Notes: generated by a model not told the origin, from the letters alone. Positions 1 through 11,871 are shown, counted from the stretch's first letter. The stretch: DNA of 64,000 nucleotides from Marsupella aquatica (GCA_973895155.1 OZ316891.1:16061137-16125136), one strand, 5' to 3'. Program-made: numbers and translations.

Positions 1-1763
1 GGATCACTCACTCCATCTTCCCTGCCCCCTCGTTTGATATAGTCATCCCTCAGTGCTCCCCACTGCCTGATCTCCTCTTTGGTCACTCGTGCCGGGGGTC
101 CACGTTGCTCAATCTCATTGCCAAAGTGTGCAATCAGTGCCTGTCTTTCTCTGTAAGGGTGATCTGTCTTCAGAAAACGACGATGGCCCATGTATATCAC
201 TTTCTGCAGGGCTCTGGAGTACTCACTGGTGACATTGCGCCCACAGATAGTACAAGCACAATATCCTTTTGTTGTTTGGCCTGATATCATCCCATGGGCT
301 GGGTAGTCAGCTATAGTCAGAATGACAATGGCTCTAAGGATGAATGGGTTTAACCTCCCAAGCCTCTGTAGGACATCATATGTGAGAACTCCTTCCTCCC
401 AAAGCTTTCTCAATTCCTCCACTAGGGGAGCCAGAAACACATCTATGTTGGCAGATACAGCACTGTCTGGCCCTGGTATCAGTAGGACCATCAGAACAAA
501 AAATCGCTTTGTAGTCATCCAAGGAGGAAGGTTATAATTCAAAATAGTTACAGGCCAGCATGAAAATTTGTTGTTCTTGTCTCCAAATGGGTTTACCCCA
601 TCCAATGACAGCCCAAGTCTGACATTCCTCGGCTCAGCAGCAAATTCGGGATACATCTCATCTATGAGTTTCCATTGCCTTGAATCTGCAGCATGTCGTT
701 GTAGCCCATCATCACTTTTCTTGTCAGTTGCCCAAGTCATCATCTCCGAGATGGCACGGCTTCTGAACATCCGCTGAAGTCTGGGAATGAGTGGAAAATG
801 ACGAAGTACCTTGGCGGGAACCATAGACTTTCCTGAGTTCCGATACCTGTGCTTCCCACACTTAGGGCATGTCAACGATTCTTTATACTCCTTTCTGAAA
901 AGAACATGCCCATCAGGACAGGCATGGATCGAATCATAGTTCAATCCAAGATTAGATATGCATCTTTTTGCCTCGTACATGTTCTTGGGCAAAATATTAC
1001 CATCTGGTAGCACAGTTGTTCGCAAGAATGCCAACAACTCAGAAACCAAAACGTTGGGGACATTGTGGTTGCCGCAAATGTTCAGGAACATGATGACAAA
1101 TCCCAGTTTAGAACATTTGCTACCGGGGTACAAAGACTTCCTGCCTTCCTGTATTTGCAGGGGAGAGCCAAACATCCCATCATGCCCAGGGGTTTCCTGC
1201 CCTATCTCAAACTCATCAAGAGGCTCTTCGACAGGGGGCACACTTGCATCTGCAGCCGTATCCTCTTCATTGTCCAGCCCATCATGAAATGCATCCAAGT
1301 CTTGGAAGATGTCTCTCACCATCTCTTCCACATGAATTCCTTCGTCACGTGGTGCTGCCTGAGCACCATCCCGTTGGAGAGCTGACAACCCACAGAGACC
1401 AGCTACAACATTTTCAAATGCACCAGGCAGAACCTCACTTGCCCGTCTTGCAGCATTGGCAGCATCAAATTCTAACCTCCACTCCTCGTCGGAAGAATCT
1501 TCCTCTGCAGGATCATTCCAAACTCGATGTCGTGGATCTCTTCCATGAACCGCGATATGCCGCCAAACCTCATTCAGACCCCTGGTACGGGATCCTTGGC
1601 AGATTGCACAAGGACATCTCATCCTACTGGCTCCTGAAAGTCTGGTTCGTAACCTTTCACGCTGCCAAAGCTTATTATCATGGCGTGATATCCTTGTGGG
1701 ATGATGCAAAGGCAGTGCCTGTGCCCTGGGCTGGGTCTGGGGAGGGTGGTGACCAGGGTGCAT
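1..1763 (-). CDS. CACTA Tnp2/TnpD transposase (Transposase_21), runs off the window start
   Basis: Manual translation from ATG 1763 gives the RCPCAIC...RHIAVHG transposase-associated Zn motif and, in the same frame, LSLDGVNPFG...WPVTILNYNLPPWMTTKRF. Absent from the ORF track, consistent with no stop before the window edge. Confidence 0.93.
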   Translation of the reverse strand, partial: MHPGHHPPQTQPRAQALPLHHPTRISRHDNKLWQRERLRTRLSGASRMRCPCAICQGSRTRGLNEVWRHIAVHGRDPRHRVWNDPAEEDSSDEEWRLEFDAANAARRASEVLPGAFENVVAGLCGLSALQRDGAQAAPRDEGIHVEEMVRDIFQDLDAFHDGLDNEEDTAADASVPPVEEPLDEFEIGQETPGHDGMFGSPLQIQEGRKSLYPGSKCSKLGFVIMFLNICGNHNVPNVLVSELLAFLRTTVLPDGNILPKNMYEAKRCISNLGLNYDSIHACPDGHVLFRKEYKESLTCPKCGKHRYRNSGKSMVPAKVLRHFPLIPRLQRMFRSRAISEMMTWATDKKSDDGLQRHAADSRQWKLIDEMYPEFAAEPRNVRLGLSLDGVNPFGDKNNKFSCWPVTILNYNLPPWMTTKRFFVLMVLLIPGPDSAVSANIDVFLAPLVEELRKLWEEGVLTYDVLQRLGRLNPFILRAIVILTIADYPAHGMISGQTTKGYCACTICGRNVTSEYSRALQKVIYMGHRRFLKTDHPYRERQALIAHFGNEIEQRGPPARVTKEEIRQWGALRDDYIKRGGREDGVSD

Positions 1764-2196
1764 TGTAACAGGCTGGGAGCTCTGCAGTCATGGACAGCAG
1801 TGAACAAGGATGCCTAATGGTGGTATTTGTGTTCCATATATCCCTGACTGTATCTGCCAAAAGAGTTAACATAACGTGTACTAAATTCTCACAAACCCTA
1901 AACCACCCCAAAAGAAAAAAACAGGTTCGCAAGTAGTGTACCTATTGTCAAGTGAATGACACAAAATTTCTAAATGTTGGAGGGTGTCACCACCTCCTCC
2001 GCTGTCCTCAAATGTACCGCCTCTGCATGTACGTTTACAGTGACACCCCCAGGCAGCAGGAAACAACAATCCGCCAACAGTAAAATAAGCCCAACTGCCA
2101 CCAACCATAACAAGGTACATTAGTTCAAAGATCACATTTATTTCAATGATCTGATTTATACAAAAAAACTTGTGTCCAAACTGATGCTACTACTCC

Positions 2197-3075
2197 TCAC
2201 TCTGATTCAGAATCGCTAATGACCCATTCCTCACTTGTTGTCTCATAGTCCTCTCTGTAAGGATCCTGACCCTTCCGTGGCCAGGCCTCAAAAAGATCAT
2301 AGTCCATTGGGTTTTGACGCTTCCCAGCTGCTACTGATTCCACAAGCCAAGCATATGAAACCACAAACACATTATGGGACATGACATAAAAGCGAATGTC
2401 TCCCTTCCCAAACTTGCGGCAGGCTTTGGGATATGACTTAGTAATGACATGAGTGGTGTCCTCTGTTATATTCTCCTCCACTGTCCCACCTAGGTCAAGC
2501 ACTGTGGACTTGTACACTTTGCACTTAACCTCTCCAATTCCCGCCTCCACAAATACCATGCTCAGCCCTTTCAGAATGGGGGTTGGTTGCTTCGTCTCCT
2601 CAGCCAACATACTCTTCAGCCTTGTAGAGCTCTGTCCTTTGTTGAGTACAGGTCCATATTGGAGATCAGCAAGCCGTGCCTTTGCTTCCCAGACTTCTTG
2701 TTCAGCCCAAGCTGATGCAGTAGCTTCTTCATCCTCCCACAACTCATATTGCTCAGTATCCTGTACAATCTTATGTGCTATGGAATCTGTGATCCAAGAG
2801 GCCTCAACTACTTTTAGGCCTTGCTTAGTAATTGCAGAATTCATGTAGGACCATGACCACTTCTTTATCACTGATAGCCATGTCCCTGCAACAACATGTG
2901 TAGTCTCTGGAGTGATGTCCTGAACTACAGTGCCATGGAGCTCAGAGAATCGTTTCTGTACAGTTGGCCAATGCACTTTGGTCAACCCATGCTGGCCATG
3001 GACCAAAATCGCTCTGACCCCTGTAAACACTGCTGGGTGGTCACACTTTCTACGTTTACCAGGCTCCATGTACAC
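2197..3075 (-). CDS. Tandem BRCT-domain protein (CACTA cargo)
   Basis: Two BRCT repeats: GTVVQDITPETTHVV...VVEASWITDS and LGGTVEENITEDTTHVI...VVSYAWLVES. Open 292-aa ORF, preceded by a splice acceptor. Confidence 0.85.
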   Translation of the reverse strand: MYMEPGKRRKCDHPAVFTGVRAILVHGQHGLTKVHWPTVQKRFSELHGTVVQDITPETTHVVAGTWLSVIKKWSWSYMNSAITKQGLKVVEASWITDSIAHKIVQDTEQYELWEDEEATASAWAEQEVWEAKARLADLQYGPVLNKGQSSTRLKSMLAEETKQPTPILKGLSMVFVEAGIGEVKCKVYKSTVLDLGGTVEENITEDTTHVITKSYPKACRKFGKGDIRFYVMSHNVFVVSYAWLVESVAAGKRQNPMDYDLFEAWPRKGQDPYREDYETTSEEWVISDSESE

Positions 3076-3661
3076 ACACCCTACGTGATGACAGTGAATT
3101 TTGGAAGAATGGGTTCACCTGACAATACAAGGACAACAAAATTCCTGCTTTTTGAGTTGATCTGGCCCACTGGTGCTCAGGTCCGATTTTGATAGGTACA
3201 AGGGATATGTGAACAATACGTACTAGGCACCTGCACGGATGCAGGACATTGTTTGAATATATACTACAAAATCCATATCCGTGGTGAAATGAAGTGCAAC
3301 CAACTTGTCATGGCACATACATATTTTGTTGTAAAGGAGGATACATTCAATGACAAACTTATAGGGCAATTTGATTAATTGCATGCCTGATAATTTATAC
3401 GCTTACAACTTAGAAGTCCTGTTTTAATTTAGCAGTGTGATGAAAGTGTTTATGAAAATGACCACTCAGCCTAAATACTTCCAAGAAGGCTTGTAAGGAT
3501 AAGTTTGTATAGGCATGTACCCAGCCACTGACGCCAGAGCACAAGATAAGTGCTGCCTATATAAACTCGCCTACCCAACTCCTTTTCAAAATTGGAATCT
3601 CTGCAATCTCAAAAAATAGTACATCCACATCAGGTGCACTGTGCATGTACAATGTTCAGCT

Positions 3662-4342
3662 TCACAGCCAAGATATGTGATCTCTCACAGGAGTGCGCGA
3701 GGTAGGATCAATGGCATGGCGATGACAATAAAATATCCATCGATCAACACCATGTGCAGAGTGATCATAGATTTCTCTGTCACAAGCATAACCCTCTGCT
3801 TGATGATCTTTCAGGCAATGATAGTGCCACATAGTGGGACACCTAGCACAGTGGACTATGTCAGTCCAGTAGTCATCATCATGCTCACCACATGCCTTGC
3901 ACCTATGAAGTGGGCAAGCTGTGGCATGAGCAGGCAAACACTCAAAACAGAAAAATCTCACACAAAAACGGTCTGGACATTTCCTAACATTTGCTGCAGC
4001 ATCAACAGAGCCCTCATAGGACCCCAACTTCCCACACTGTGCACACTTAGCCTGCTTCTCCAAACAATCAGTGCACATCCAGTCTCCCTGGTGTGTTGAC
4101 GGGAGGCCCACCCCTGGACAGTTGTTTTCTGCAGCAAGGTCAGACTCCGGGTTGAGGTGGAAATGCCTCATGCAAGGGCCCTCACAAATGACCAGGCCCC
4201 CACCATCGTCACAAATGGCACAACAATGAGCTGCCTTCTGGAAAATCTGACTTGCAGAGAAGTTAGTAGCATCTGCCCCAAGTACACCTGTGTTTCTCAC
4301 CTCTGTCACACGCTTTTTGGCTTGAATTTTAGGCCGTGCCAT
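3662..4342 (-). CDS. EDM2-like composite PHD-finger-only protein (CACTA cargo)
   Basis: CAICDDGG..ICEGPCMRHFH...CTDC...CAQCGKLGS...CPLHRCKAC...CARCP..WHYHCL...IFYCHRHAID...TPVRDHI follows the PHD cassette of plant EDM2, including its TPVRDH end. Basic N-terminus (KKR). Confidence 0.85.
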   Translation of the reverse strand: MARPKIQAKKRVTEVRNTGVLGADATNFSASQIFQKAAHCCAICDDGGGLVICEGPCMRHFHLNPESDLAAENNCPGVGLPSTHQGDWMCTDCLEKQAKCAQCGKLGSYEGSVDAAANVRKCPDRFCVRFFCFECLPAHATACPLHRCKACGEHDDDYWTDIVHCARCPTMWHYHCLKDHQAEGYACDREIYDHSAHGVDRWIFYCHRHAIDPTSRTPVRDHISWL

Positions 4343-4353
4343 GCCTGCGCATG

Positions 4354-4497
4354 AGATAGACTCTACAATTTAGCAGACTGCACAGAAAGTAATATATATT
4401 TAGCATTTAAGGTACAAAGGCATTTAGATAGACTCTACAATTTAGCAGACTGCACAGAAAGTAAAATATATTTAGCATTTAAGGTACAAAGGCATTT
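4354..4497. repeat. Tandem duplication, 2 x 72 bp
   Basis: AGATAGACTCTACAATTTAGCAGAC...AAAGGCATTT starts at 4354 and 4426. Confidence 0.95.
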
Positions 4498-5112
4498 GCT
4501 ACTGCAATGAATTGGAATGGCCACACAAGGATGCAGAGCACACATACTTTTGGTATGTTGAGCCCACACACAAAACTGATCCCCTAATACAATTTCTCCA
4601 CCAACACCTCAATTTTAATTGTGGCTATGATTCACCAAAGGAGATCTGCAACAACATTTCATGCATTTGAATCACATACAATAGTCGTGACATGTAAAAC
4701 AGGCATTCTTCGAAGAGGATTGGTATGAAGCAGTGTCATAAGGGTTGAAATTTATACATCCTAAATAGGTTATGATAGTGGCTGAGACAAATAAGTGAGG
4801 CATAAATCATTTTGCATATTATCACATGGCCCATTAATTCATTCAACGTTGCAATGTTCACCAGGTTAAAGCAGTCATGAAAGCAGTCTTTCAATAGAGA
4901 CTTTTATGCGAGTTTGCTAGCCTCTTAAATTAGGATATTTTGCTTAGTGCAGGCATAATAGGATATAAGTTATATACTGTTGACCCTAAACCCTGGACCC
5001 AAAATTGCTCATACATCAAAATTTTAAGTAAATATCCTCTGTGTTGAAGTCAGAGTGTTAAGCTATAGGTCAATGGTATCTGGTCTGTGCATGCGGTGTG
5101 ACAAGTGGTCCT

Positions 5113-5562
5113 CTAGAGCATGTGATCCAAACATGTGTAGACACCAAAGTCACCGGTGGTGGGGTCTGGGAGGGCAGGACAAGTGACATCACCAGGCACA
5201 CTGCAGGATGGCGAGTGGTTCCAAATGATACATTGTGCTCTATGCAAAAATCGGCATCCAAGAGAACGGTCATCCAATTCTGGGCCAGAAGCCCTACAGG
5301 CAGGACAGTCATATTGGCAACTGTGTACACACCCTTGGCACCTAATTTGTGGCGGGTCATGTACAAGAGACACAAATACCAAGGATGTCGGGAAGGGTAC
5401 TGAAGCAAGTAGAGGCCGGCTGTAGTTGTTCCTGGAAACAACAGGGTACTCAAAGTACCATGCAGACTGGGCTGGAAGGATCCCAAGTCTGACATACTCA
5501 AGGCGCAACATCTCTGCCTTGCGTGCAAGTCGCACATGTTCAGCGTTGCGGGTCCTCACCAT
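5113..5562 (-). CDS. Unknown 149-aa Cys/His-rich protein (possible CACTA cargo)
   Basis: ATG-started ORF, co-oriented with the other cargo ORFs, with CQGC-x3-C-x3-CPAC and further C/H residues. No family recognised. Confidence 0.4.
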   Translation of the reverse strand: MVRTRNAEHVRLARKAEMLRLEYVRLGILPAQSAWYFEYPVVSRNNYSRPLLASVPFPTSLVFVSLVHDPPQIRCQGCVHSCQYDCPACRASGPELDDRSLGCRFLHRAQCIIWNHSPSCSVPGDVTCPALPDPTTGDFGVYTCLDHML

Positions 5563-6557
5563 AAGTGTTGCTTTTGTTGTGATGTCCTCTGTTCACGTCC
5601 TTTGATGAGCAAGGTGAGCAGGAGGTCGACTTGCCTCGCCAACAGCAACCACCTAAACTAATCAGTTCCCACTCAACTACAGGTCATAGTATACACATAG
5701 CATGAAACGTGCATAGTACATATTTGATTCTGAGTTTATGAGTTTCCTAAGACAAAGAGCTTGGTGATAAACCCATATTCTCGATGGACATGTATATCAA
5801 TCGTATTAAAATCCTGTTTTTTCATCCAGAAAGACCGAAAGTCTCACCTTGCAGGTTGCAGCAGAGAGAAAATTCACTGGTTGTCGTGTTGTGCAAGTGA
5901 ACCTCCACTGATGCCCCCGGTGTAGCCCCTCAGATGCAGGTGACACTTACCAACTCCCAAGTTGCCTGGTCTAACAGAAAATGCTTATATCTTCAGAACT
6001 TTATAGAGCAAGTACATGATCACATACTTCTGGATCTATTCATATTTGGAACTCTTGCCAACTACAACTCCCATTATGCACAAGCTCACATCAACAGAGA
6101 AAAATACAGAATGCATACTTACTATGGCTCTAAGCACCTTCACTACCTTGTTGAACCCAGTCCTGAAGTCTTTTCAGCGTGTTTGTTGTGCTGTCTCCTT
6201 TGGCACCCAACACCTTAGTCCTTGATGTAACAGAATGCGATTTTACAAGTTAGATGCTTTGGAACCTTCTATGGTCTTAGCTGAATTGATGTCATCGTAA
6301 GTGGTGAAAGACAAGGAAGACGAAAGCTGGTTGAAGAGCTGTGGACAACACACTAGCATGAAGTGCTTCAACCAATCCACTGCCAAACGGAACTCTTACA
6401 CAGTCACATTCTTTCAGTAAACAGAAACTCAATCAAACTTCATAATCAAAGTACAGACTCTGAAGGACCAAAGGAGGATGTTGTGAGTTTCTCTGTTGTT
6501 TAATGTGTTACCCTTCTAGTTTCGAAGTTAGCAAATGCTGAATAATGTGTCTACCAG

Positions 6558-6897
6558 ATCTTCGAAAAGAAGCCCACCACAATTAAGAACTTTGGTATCT
6601 GGGTGAGGTATCAGAGTTGTACAGGTTATCCCAACATGTACAAGAAATATTGTGATACCACATTAAACAACCACACAGCAGATGTATGATGAGATGGCTT
6701 CTTGTCATAGAGTTCGGTTCCCTTGCATCCAGATCATCAAGACTACGACAGTCCCTGTCTCTCTGTGCAAGCGAGAAAGTACCAAGCAGTTCCATGATTC
6801 AAAGATCAAGTTCCCCTTGACGTACCGCAAGATTCAACCTCCATCGCGAAAGCTAAAGACGACTTACAAGGCCACCAAGCCCAACACATTTGTTTGA
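6558..6897 (+). pseudogene. RPL18A: Captured last exon of 60S ribosomal protein L18a (eL20), frameshifted
   Basis: Acceptor CTACCAG|ATC, then [24 protein letters not shown]...[21 protein letters not shown]...[17 protein letters not shown]...[15 protein letters not shown]. Confidence 0.93.
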
Positions 6898-8736
6898 GTA
6901 GTGCGGGTGTAGGTTCCCAATTTTGAAACAATTTGGCTCATTTTATGTCCCGAGGGACTCCAGGAGTTTATGTATTGAGTTTCTAGGTCAAGATGCTTAA
7001 TATAAGGAAATTCAATTATCACCTCGTTCCCAACTTCTATTAATTGAATATACACAAGCTGGAAGCAAGAAGACAAGCCACAATCTAGCATCTTAGCCAA
7101 ACACAATCGTCCCGACAAAGCAAAACTCAGCTGGACAGAAGTCACTCGGATCCACAAAAAATTGAAGATTCACCTCCAAGCCGGAGGCCGATCACTTCAG
7201 TACAGCAGCTTCTGGACGGAACAAACTCTGCTCAGCCCCACAAAAACACAAATGTTAAGGCTCCAAGTCAGAGCTCACAAACAGAAACTCAGATAAATAA
7301 CATTCAAAATCTGTCCAGGTTTGTGCAAAGTGTACATATTCATTCTTCTGGAATGAACACGCAATGCATACATCGCCTAGACACAGTCATTATAAATCAT
7401 TGGGCAATTGGGGACCACTAAGCAGGTGTGTTCCTATTTCGAGGCTACAAGAAAGGATAGAGTGACACCAAACTGAAGAGTACACCAAAAGAAAAACAGC
7501 AAGAACCAAAGTCAATCATGTGTGGATATTTTGCACATGGGAAGTTCCCCTGAAGAAGCACCAGTTGCTAACATTGTCACCCGAACCACACCCAGTTTAT
7601 TACCTCAATGTCTTCAGCCTCAATATCCAATCCTCAGCCCCCTGGTGCTTCCGTGTTTGTTCTGAAAATTTCTGTGATGAAATAATTATTCAATACATTC
7701 AATAGCAAAGAGAACTCAATCACAAAAGAAAAATAGTTAGTGTGAATGCTAATTTCTCAACACTTAACTAAATTCAAACCACCAATTCAAGTAGTAAGTT
7801 TCAAAAACTTGCCTTTACATGAAGAGAAACCAATTGGCCATGCATGTTACTAAAGCAATAAACAAATAATTAGGCTCAACCCCGGGCTCAACACACAGGC
7901 AAACTACTCGAAACATGCTGCTGAGAAGTAACATTTTTTGAATGTCAGACTATGTGTAAGTGCCATGATCGTGCTCCTACGTTTCACAAGGAGGGCTGGC
8001 CCGAAAGGGAGAAGCAACAATGTGGAGTCTATACACGTAGCACAAATCCCAGTTTAGAAGGGTGGATGAAGTTCAGACAAGAGTTCAGAACTTGCCATTT
8101 GAGATTGCCAATCTGAACTTCACATTCAGACAGGACTTCATCCAGTTCAGGAGTTCAGATAGGAGTTCAGACAATCTGAAGAGGACTTTGGACTTGAATG
8201 AGGGACAGCGTGGCCATATAGTTATCCTTGTGGCCTTCAGCTGCGTGTCTCAGGCTGAATTTCACTTTCCAGTTTCGAGAGTTCTGAAGGTCTAGTTTTA
8301 GTAACTTCCTCCTGACTCGACTTGGGAGCATTCTCCCTATTTGCTAGCTTGTAGTTAGCTTTGACTCCTGTGAGCTTAGTTGACGACCCTCTTGAGATAT
8401 TAACAATTAGAACAAACACAAGTTGTCAAGACAGATTCCACCGGAGCAAAAAGTCCAAAATCAGGTGAAAGAAAACCTAAGGAAAGTCCATAAGAACGAA
8501 AGTAGGAAGGCAGGTGCACGGGCCACCGAGAAAAGTAAAGGATGCATGTGATTAGTGGGGAGGGATCTTAGCAAAAATAGGGGAAAGCAAGGGAACTTGC
8601 TGCTAAAATCAGCTGAACGATTGCACGGTTCCTATAAATTTAGTGGACCTTAAGGCCGTCTGTTCAGCCCCCCACCCCATTGCCAGAGCACGGGGCACAA
8701 GGCATGTTCTGATACAGGGAGGAGCAAAACAGTCAT

Positions 8737-9782
8737 GTCAAGCAAGAAATGTGGAGAGACCAATCAGTAAGCAAAAATAGGGGAGAACATACATACATGA
8801 TCAGCAGCAGCAGGAAACAAGAAAGATGATTTTGGGTGGCATCTTAGGGTCGGGGACACCACTGCAACACCGGGACTTAGGATATGAGTTGTTCTTAATC
8901 TGCTAGTAGCATCCGGCAGGCCGGCGACCCATGGCAAAAGGGCAGAGCAACAATCCGCTAAAACTACCGAGTCTCACCTTTGCGCTACTGACTGTCACCT
9001 TTGTCCAAGGTAGCTAGTAATAGCAAGTTGAAGTCCCGCTCCAAGTTGTCGGCTTCCACTCCAAGCTCCCTAAAAGATTGTGGCCTCAGGTCCAAGTCGT
9101 TAGCTCGCACGCGCAACTCCCTAAACCTACACACAGCGGAAGCTTAGCTCACCAACAACTTGCAGAAACAATGACCTCCCCTCTGAAACTGATAAAAACA
9201 CCTGAATACAAATAGTGAAGCACGAGGACAGAACAGGGAGAAGCGTTTTGCAGTTTGGGACGACAATGCTAGGAGTGTATACACTTCGGGCAACAGGGAG
9301 GTCCAATAATAGTTTGAATCTGACGGATGAAGCTCTAGGCGAATGAGCTCCAGGAGATTGGGTGCATGATTGAGTAGGCAATTGTAACAGCAGGCACCTG
9401 GCGATTGAAGGAAGCAGCATTCGGCAATGGACCTAGGCAGCTCGCGAATTTTGCTCAGCAGCGATGTCACCTAGACCCTAAACACGCAATGCATACATCA
9501 CCTAGACAACTATACTTGCAGCCACGAGGTGAGTCCGCGATAGGGGATTGAAGGAAGCAGCAAGTCAAGCAAGAAGCGTGGAGAGACCAATCAGTAAGCA
9601 AAAATAGGGGAGAATAGACATACATCAGCAGCAGCAGGAAACAAGAAAGATGATACTCTGTTCCATCTTAGAGTCGGGGACACTACTGCAACACCGGGAC
9701 TTAGGATATGACTTGTTTTTAAACTGGAGATAGCATCCAGCAGGCCGGCGACCCATGCCAAAAGGGCAGAGCAGCAATCCGC
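8737..9782. repeat. Diverged ~220-bp direct repeat (8737-8958 / 9564-9782)
   Basis: GTCAAGCAAGAA...GGAGAGACCAATCAGTAAGC...GGCAGAGCARCAATCCGC is present twice. Confidence 0.9.
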
Positions 9783-11727
9783 CATGTAGCGATAGGCGAG
9801 AGCAGCGATTACGACGATGAAAGATGGTCAAAGCTGAAGCAAAACCCCTAAAGATGCAGCTTGGCCATACTCTCTTTCCTCACCTCATAGCGCTAGGCAT
9901 TCAACCTCCCTCTTCAATGAACCTCACAACAGCTTGAAGGTCGATAGATTTTACCTCGTCTCCTGAGCAGAAACGTCTGCATTAGCTGAACAGAGCCCGG
10001 AACAGAGCTATCGCATTTAGCCTCCCGACTCCAAAATTGAACGCAACACAACCTCCAACTCCCAATGGCAGCTCAGTAGGTTGATCAGCTCGGTCAATGC
10101 AGGTCAGTCGACCTCAATAGCCACACTAGAAGCTCACCGCAAGTCACTCAAAGGTCAGACTAGAAGCTCCGCCGCCTTCACACCGTAGCAAAAAACAATG
10201 AGACCAATATCGAGCAAGGCGACCCTGTTTGAATATTTGGCGACCATCAGGCTCCACCCCTCCTTTCTCGCTACCGTTCCCCCATGTGATGGTTAAGCTT
10301 CTGAGGACACAATCAATCGCACAAATGTAGCTTAAAGCAGGACCTCACTAAGCAGACTATCGGTTAGGACCTTATAGACATAGAGATAGATAGGTCAATG
10401 CAACCTTACTTGGGCCGATGCAGCATGTCTCTTCACAATGTGAAGCAGCGCAGCATTCCTCCACCTAGCTCGCAGTGATCCTCCGCCTTGCTTGCAGTAA
10501 CCAGCCTCCGCCTAGCTAGTTTGCACTGTCACGGCTGCAACTTTTTGTGCAATGACTTGGCCCTCCTACCAACTACGAGCTCCCAAAAGTATGTCGAGCA
10601 GATGTACACTCAGGCACCACCTCGTAGAGCTCAACTCCAAGTCGGCAGCTCTCACTTGAAACTCAATAGCAGCTTAGCTCACCAGCAGGTTGAAAAGCGA
10701 CAATGGACTCCCCTCAAAACTGATTGGCAGACCTCCACACTGACGCTCGTAGCAGGCCCAATCCTAAACACATTTGCACCCTAAAGTCCAGTCGCGCTCA
10801 AACACTTTCAAACGACCCTGCAGGAAGTTCGCGAAGAGTGCAGCTGGAATGAAGGTCGTCGACTCCCAATTTCCCTCGCAAAACCAACCTCTGCGGCACA
10901 CTGACCCTGAACACTTAGGGCAAGTAGTACCCCCAAAATCTCTCGCAAAACCAACCTCCAAGGTACACTGACCCTGAGGGAAAGTAGTACCCCTCACATG
11001 TGGGCAGCCATCGAGTGACTTAGCAAACAGGTTGGTTTGGACATAAAAGAACCAATGCAAATGACTTAGCAAAAAGTTCAATGTGGGGAGAGTGCACTTT
11101 GGTCAAGAACAAGGCCAAATATAGTCAGGTATGAATCCACATTATAAGTGAAAGTACCCACCATTCTGATGAAAACCCCCATATTTATACCCATTATATT
11201 TGGACTTATTGAACCATGAGTGTGCAATATGTAGTTGCACCGGGAGTTGCATATTAGGGATTGGCATCCGAAATTGGCTAATGGGGTATGCATGCTGACG
11301 GAATTTTAAAAAATGATGTCCAATTCATATTGCACTATTGTGGAGTAACTAACATAACTTACCTATTTCTTACTTACTAGTGTTACAATAGCGACATTGG
11401 ATAAAGTTGTAAGCATGACTTCCCACAACCTCACCAAAACTTAGTTGGTATGATGTAACTAACATGACACCCACAAACTTGGAGTCGCATATTTATGAAG
11501 GTCTCGCACAAGTCACATAGGGGAGGGTCTCAGAATGGGTGGTTTTCTTCTAGTGACACCTGGGACATTGGACAGTGGCGCATGATTTACTGTACTCGCC
11601 ATGTCATCCCAAAGGGTTCTGATATCCCTAGTACCCATGACTAGACCAGCATGACTGCTACTAATTCCACCATCTTATAACTTGAACCTTTTTTGTAGTG
11701 GAACCATAAGACAACCTAAATTATATG

Positions 11728-11871
11728 AACTTAAGTATTTGGTTGAATGCTATGGATTGACTTAAGTATTTGGTTGAATGCTATGGACTTAAGTATTTCG
11801 ATGAATGAAATGGACTTAAGTATTTGGTTGAACAAAATGGAATTTTGATGAATTGAAATGGACTTTAAGTA
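11728..11871. repeat. Degenerate tandem repeat, ~27-31-bp unit (ACTTAAGTATTTGGTTGAATGCTATGG)
   Basis: About 4-5 visible units sharing the ACTTAAGTATTT core. Confidence 0.85.

Larger units (their letters stand above)
1..11555 (-). mobile_element. CACTA/En-Spm DNA transposon #1 (other end lies outside the window)
   Basis: Terminus TTCTTCTAGTG at 11545-11555 (reverse complement CACTAGAAGAA). Contains a Tnp2 ORF. Terminal ~1.35 kb (10209-11555) is nearly identical to 24804-26156 of CACTA #2. Confidence 0.93.

Noticed and set aside
322-1768. Plus-strand ORFs over the first 1.8 kb
   Set aside because: Antisense shadows of the Tnp2 transposase.
4983-4994. ACCCTAAACCCT as a telomere remnant (also ~1893 and ~53962)
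   Set aside because: Fewer than two full units; at most telo-box-like motifs.
10488-11293. Short ORFs repeated at 25093-25931 as genes
   Set aside because: They recur only because the CACTA terminal region is duplicated. Indels change their ends between copies and no domain is recognisable.
11728-11871. ~30-bp repeats as CRISPR or iterons
   Set aside because: Simple degenerate tandem repeat without spacers.
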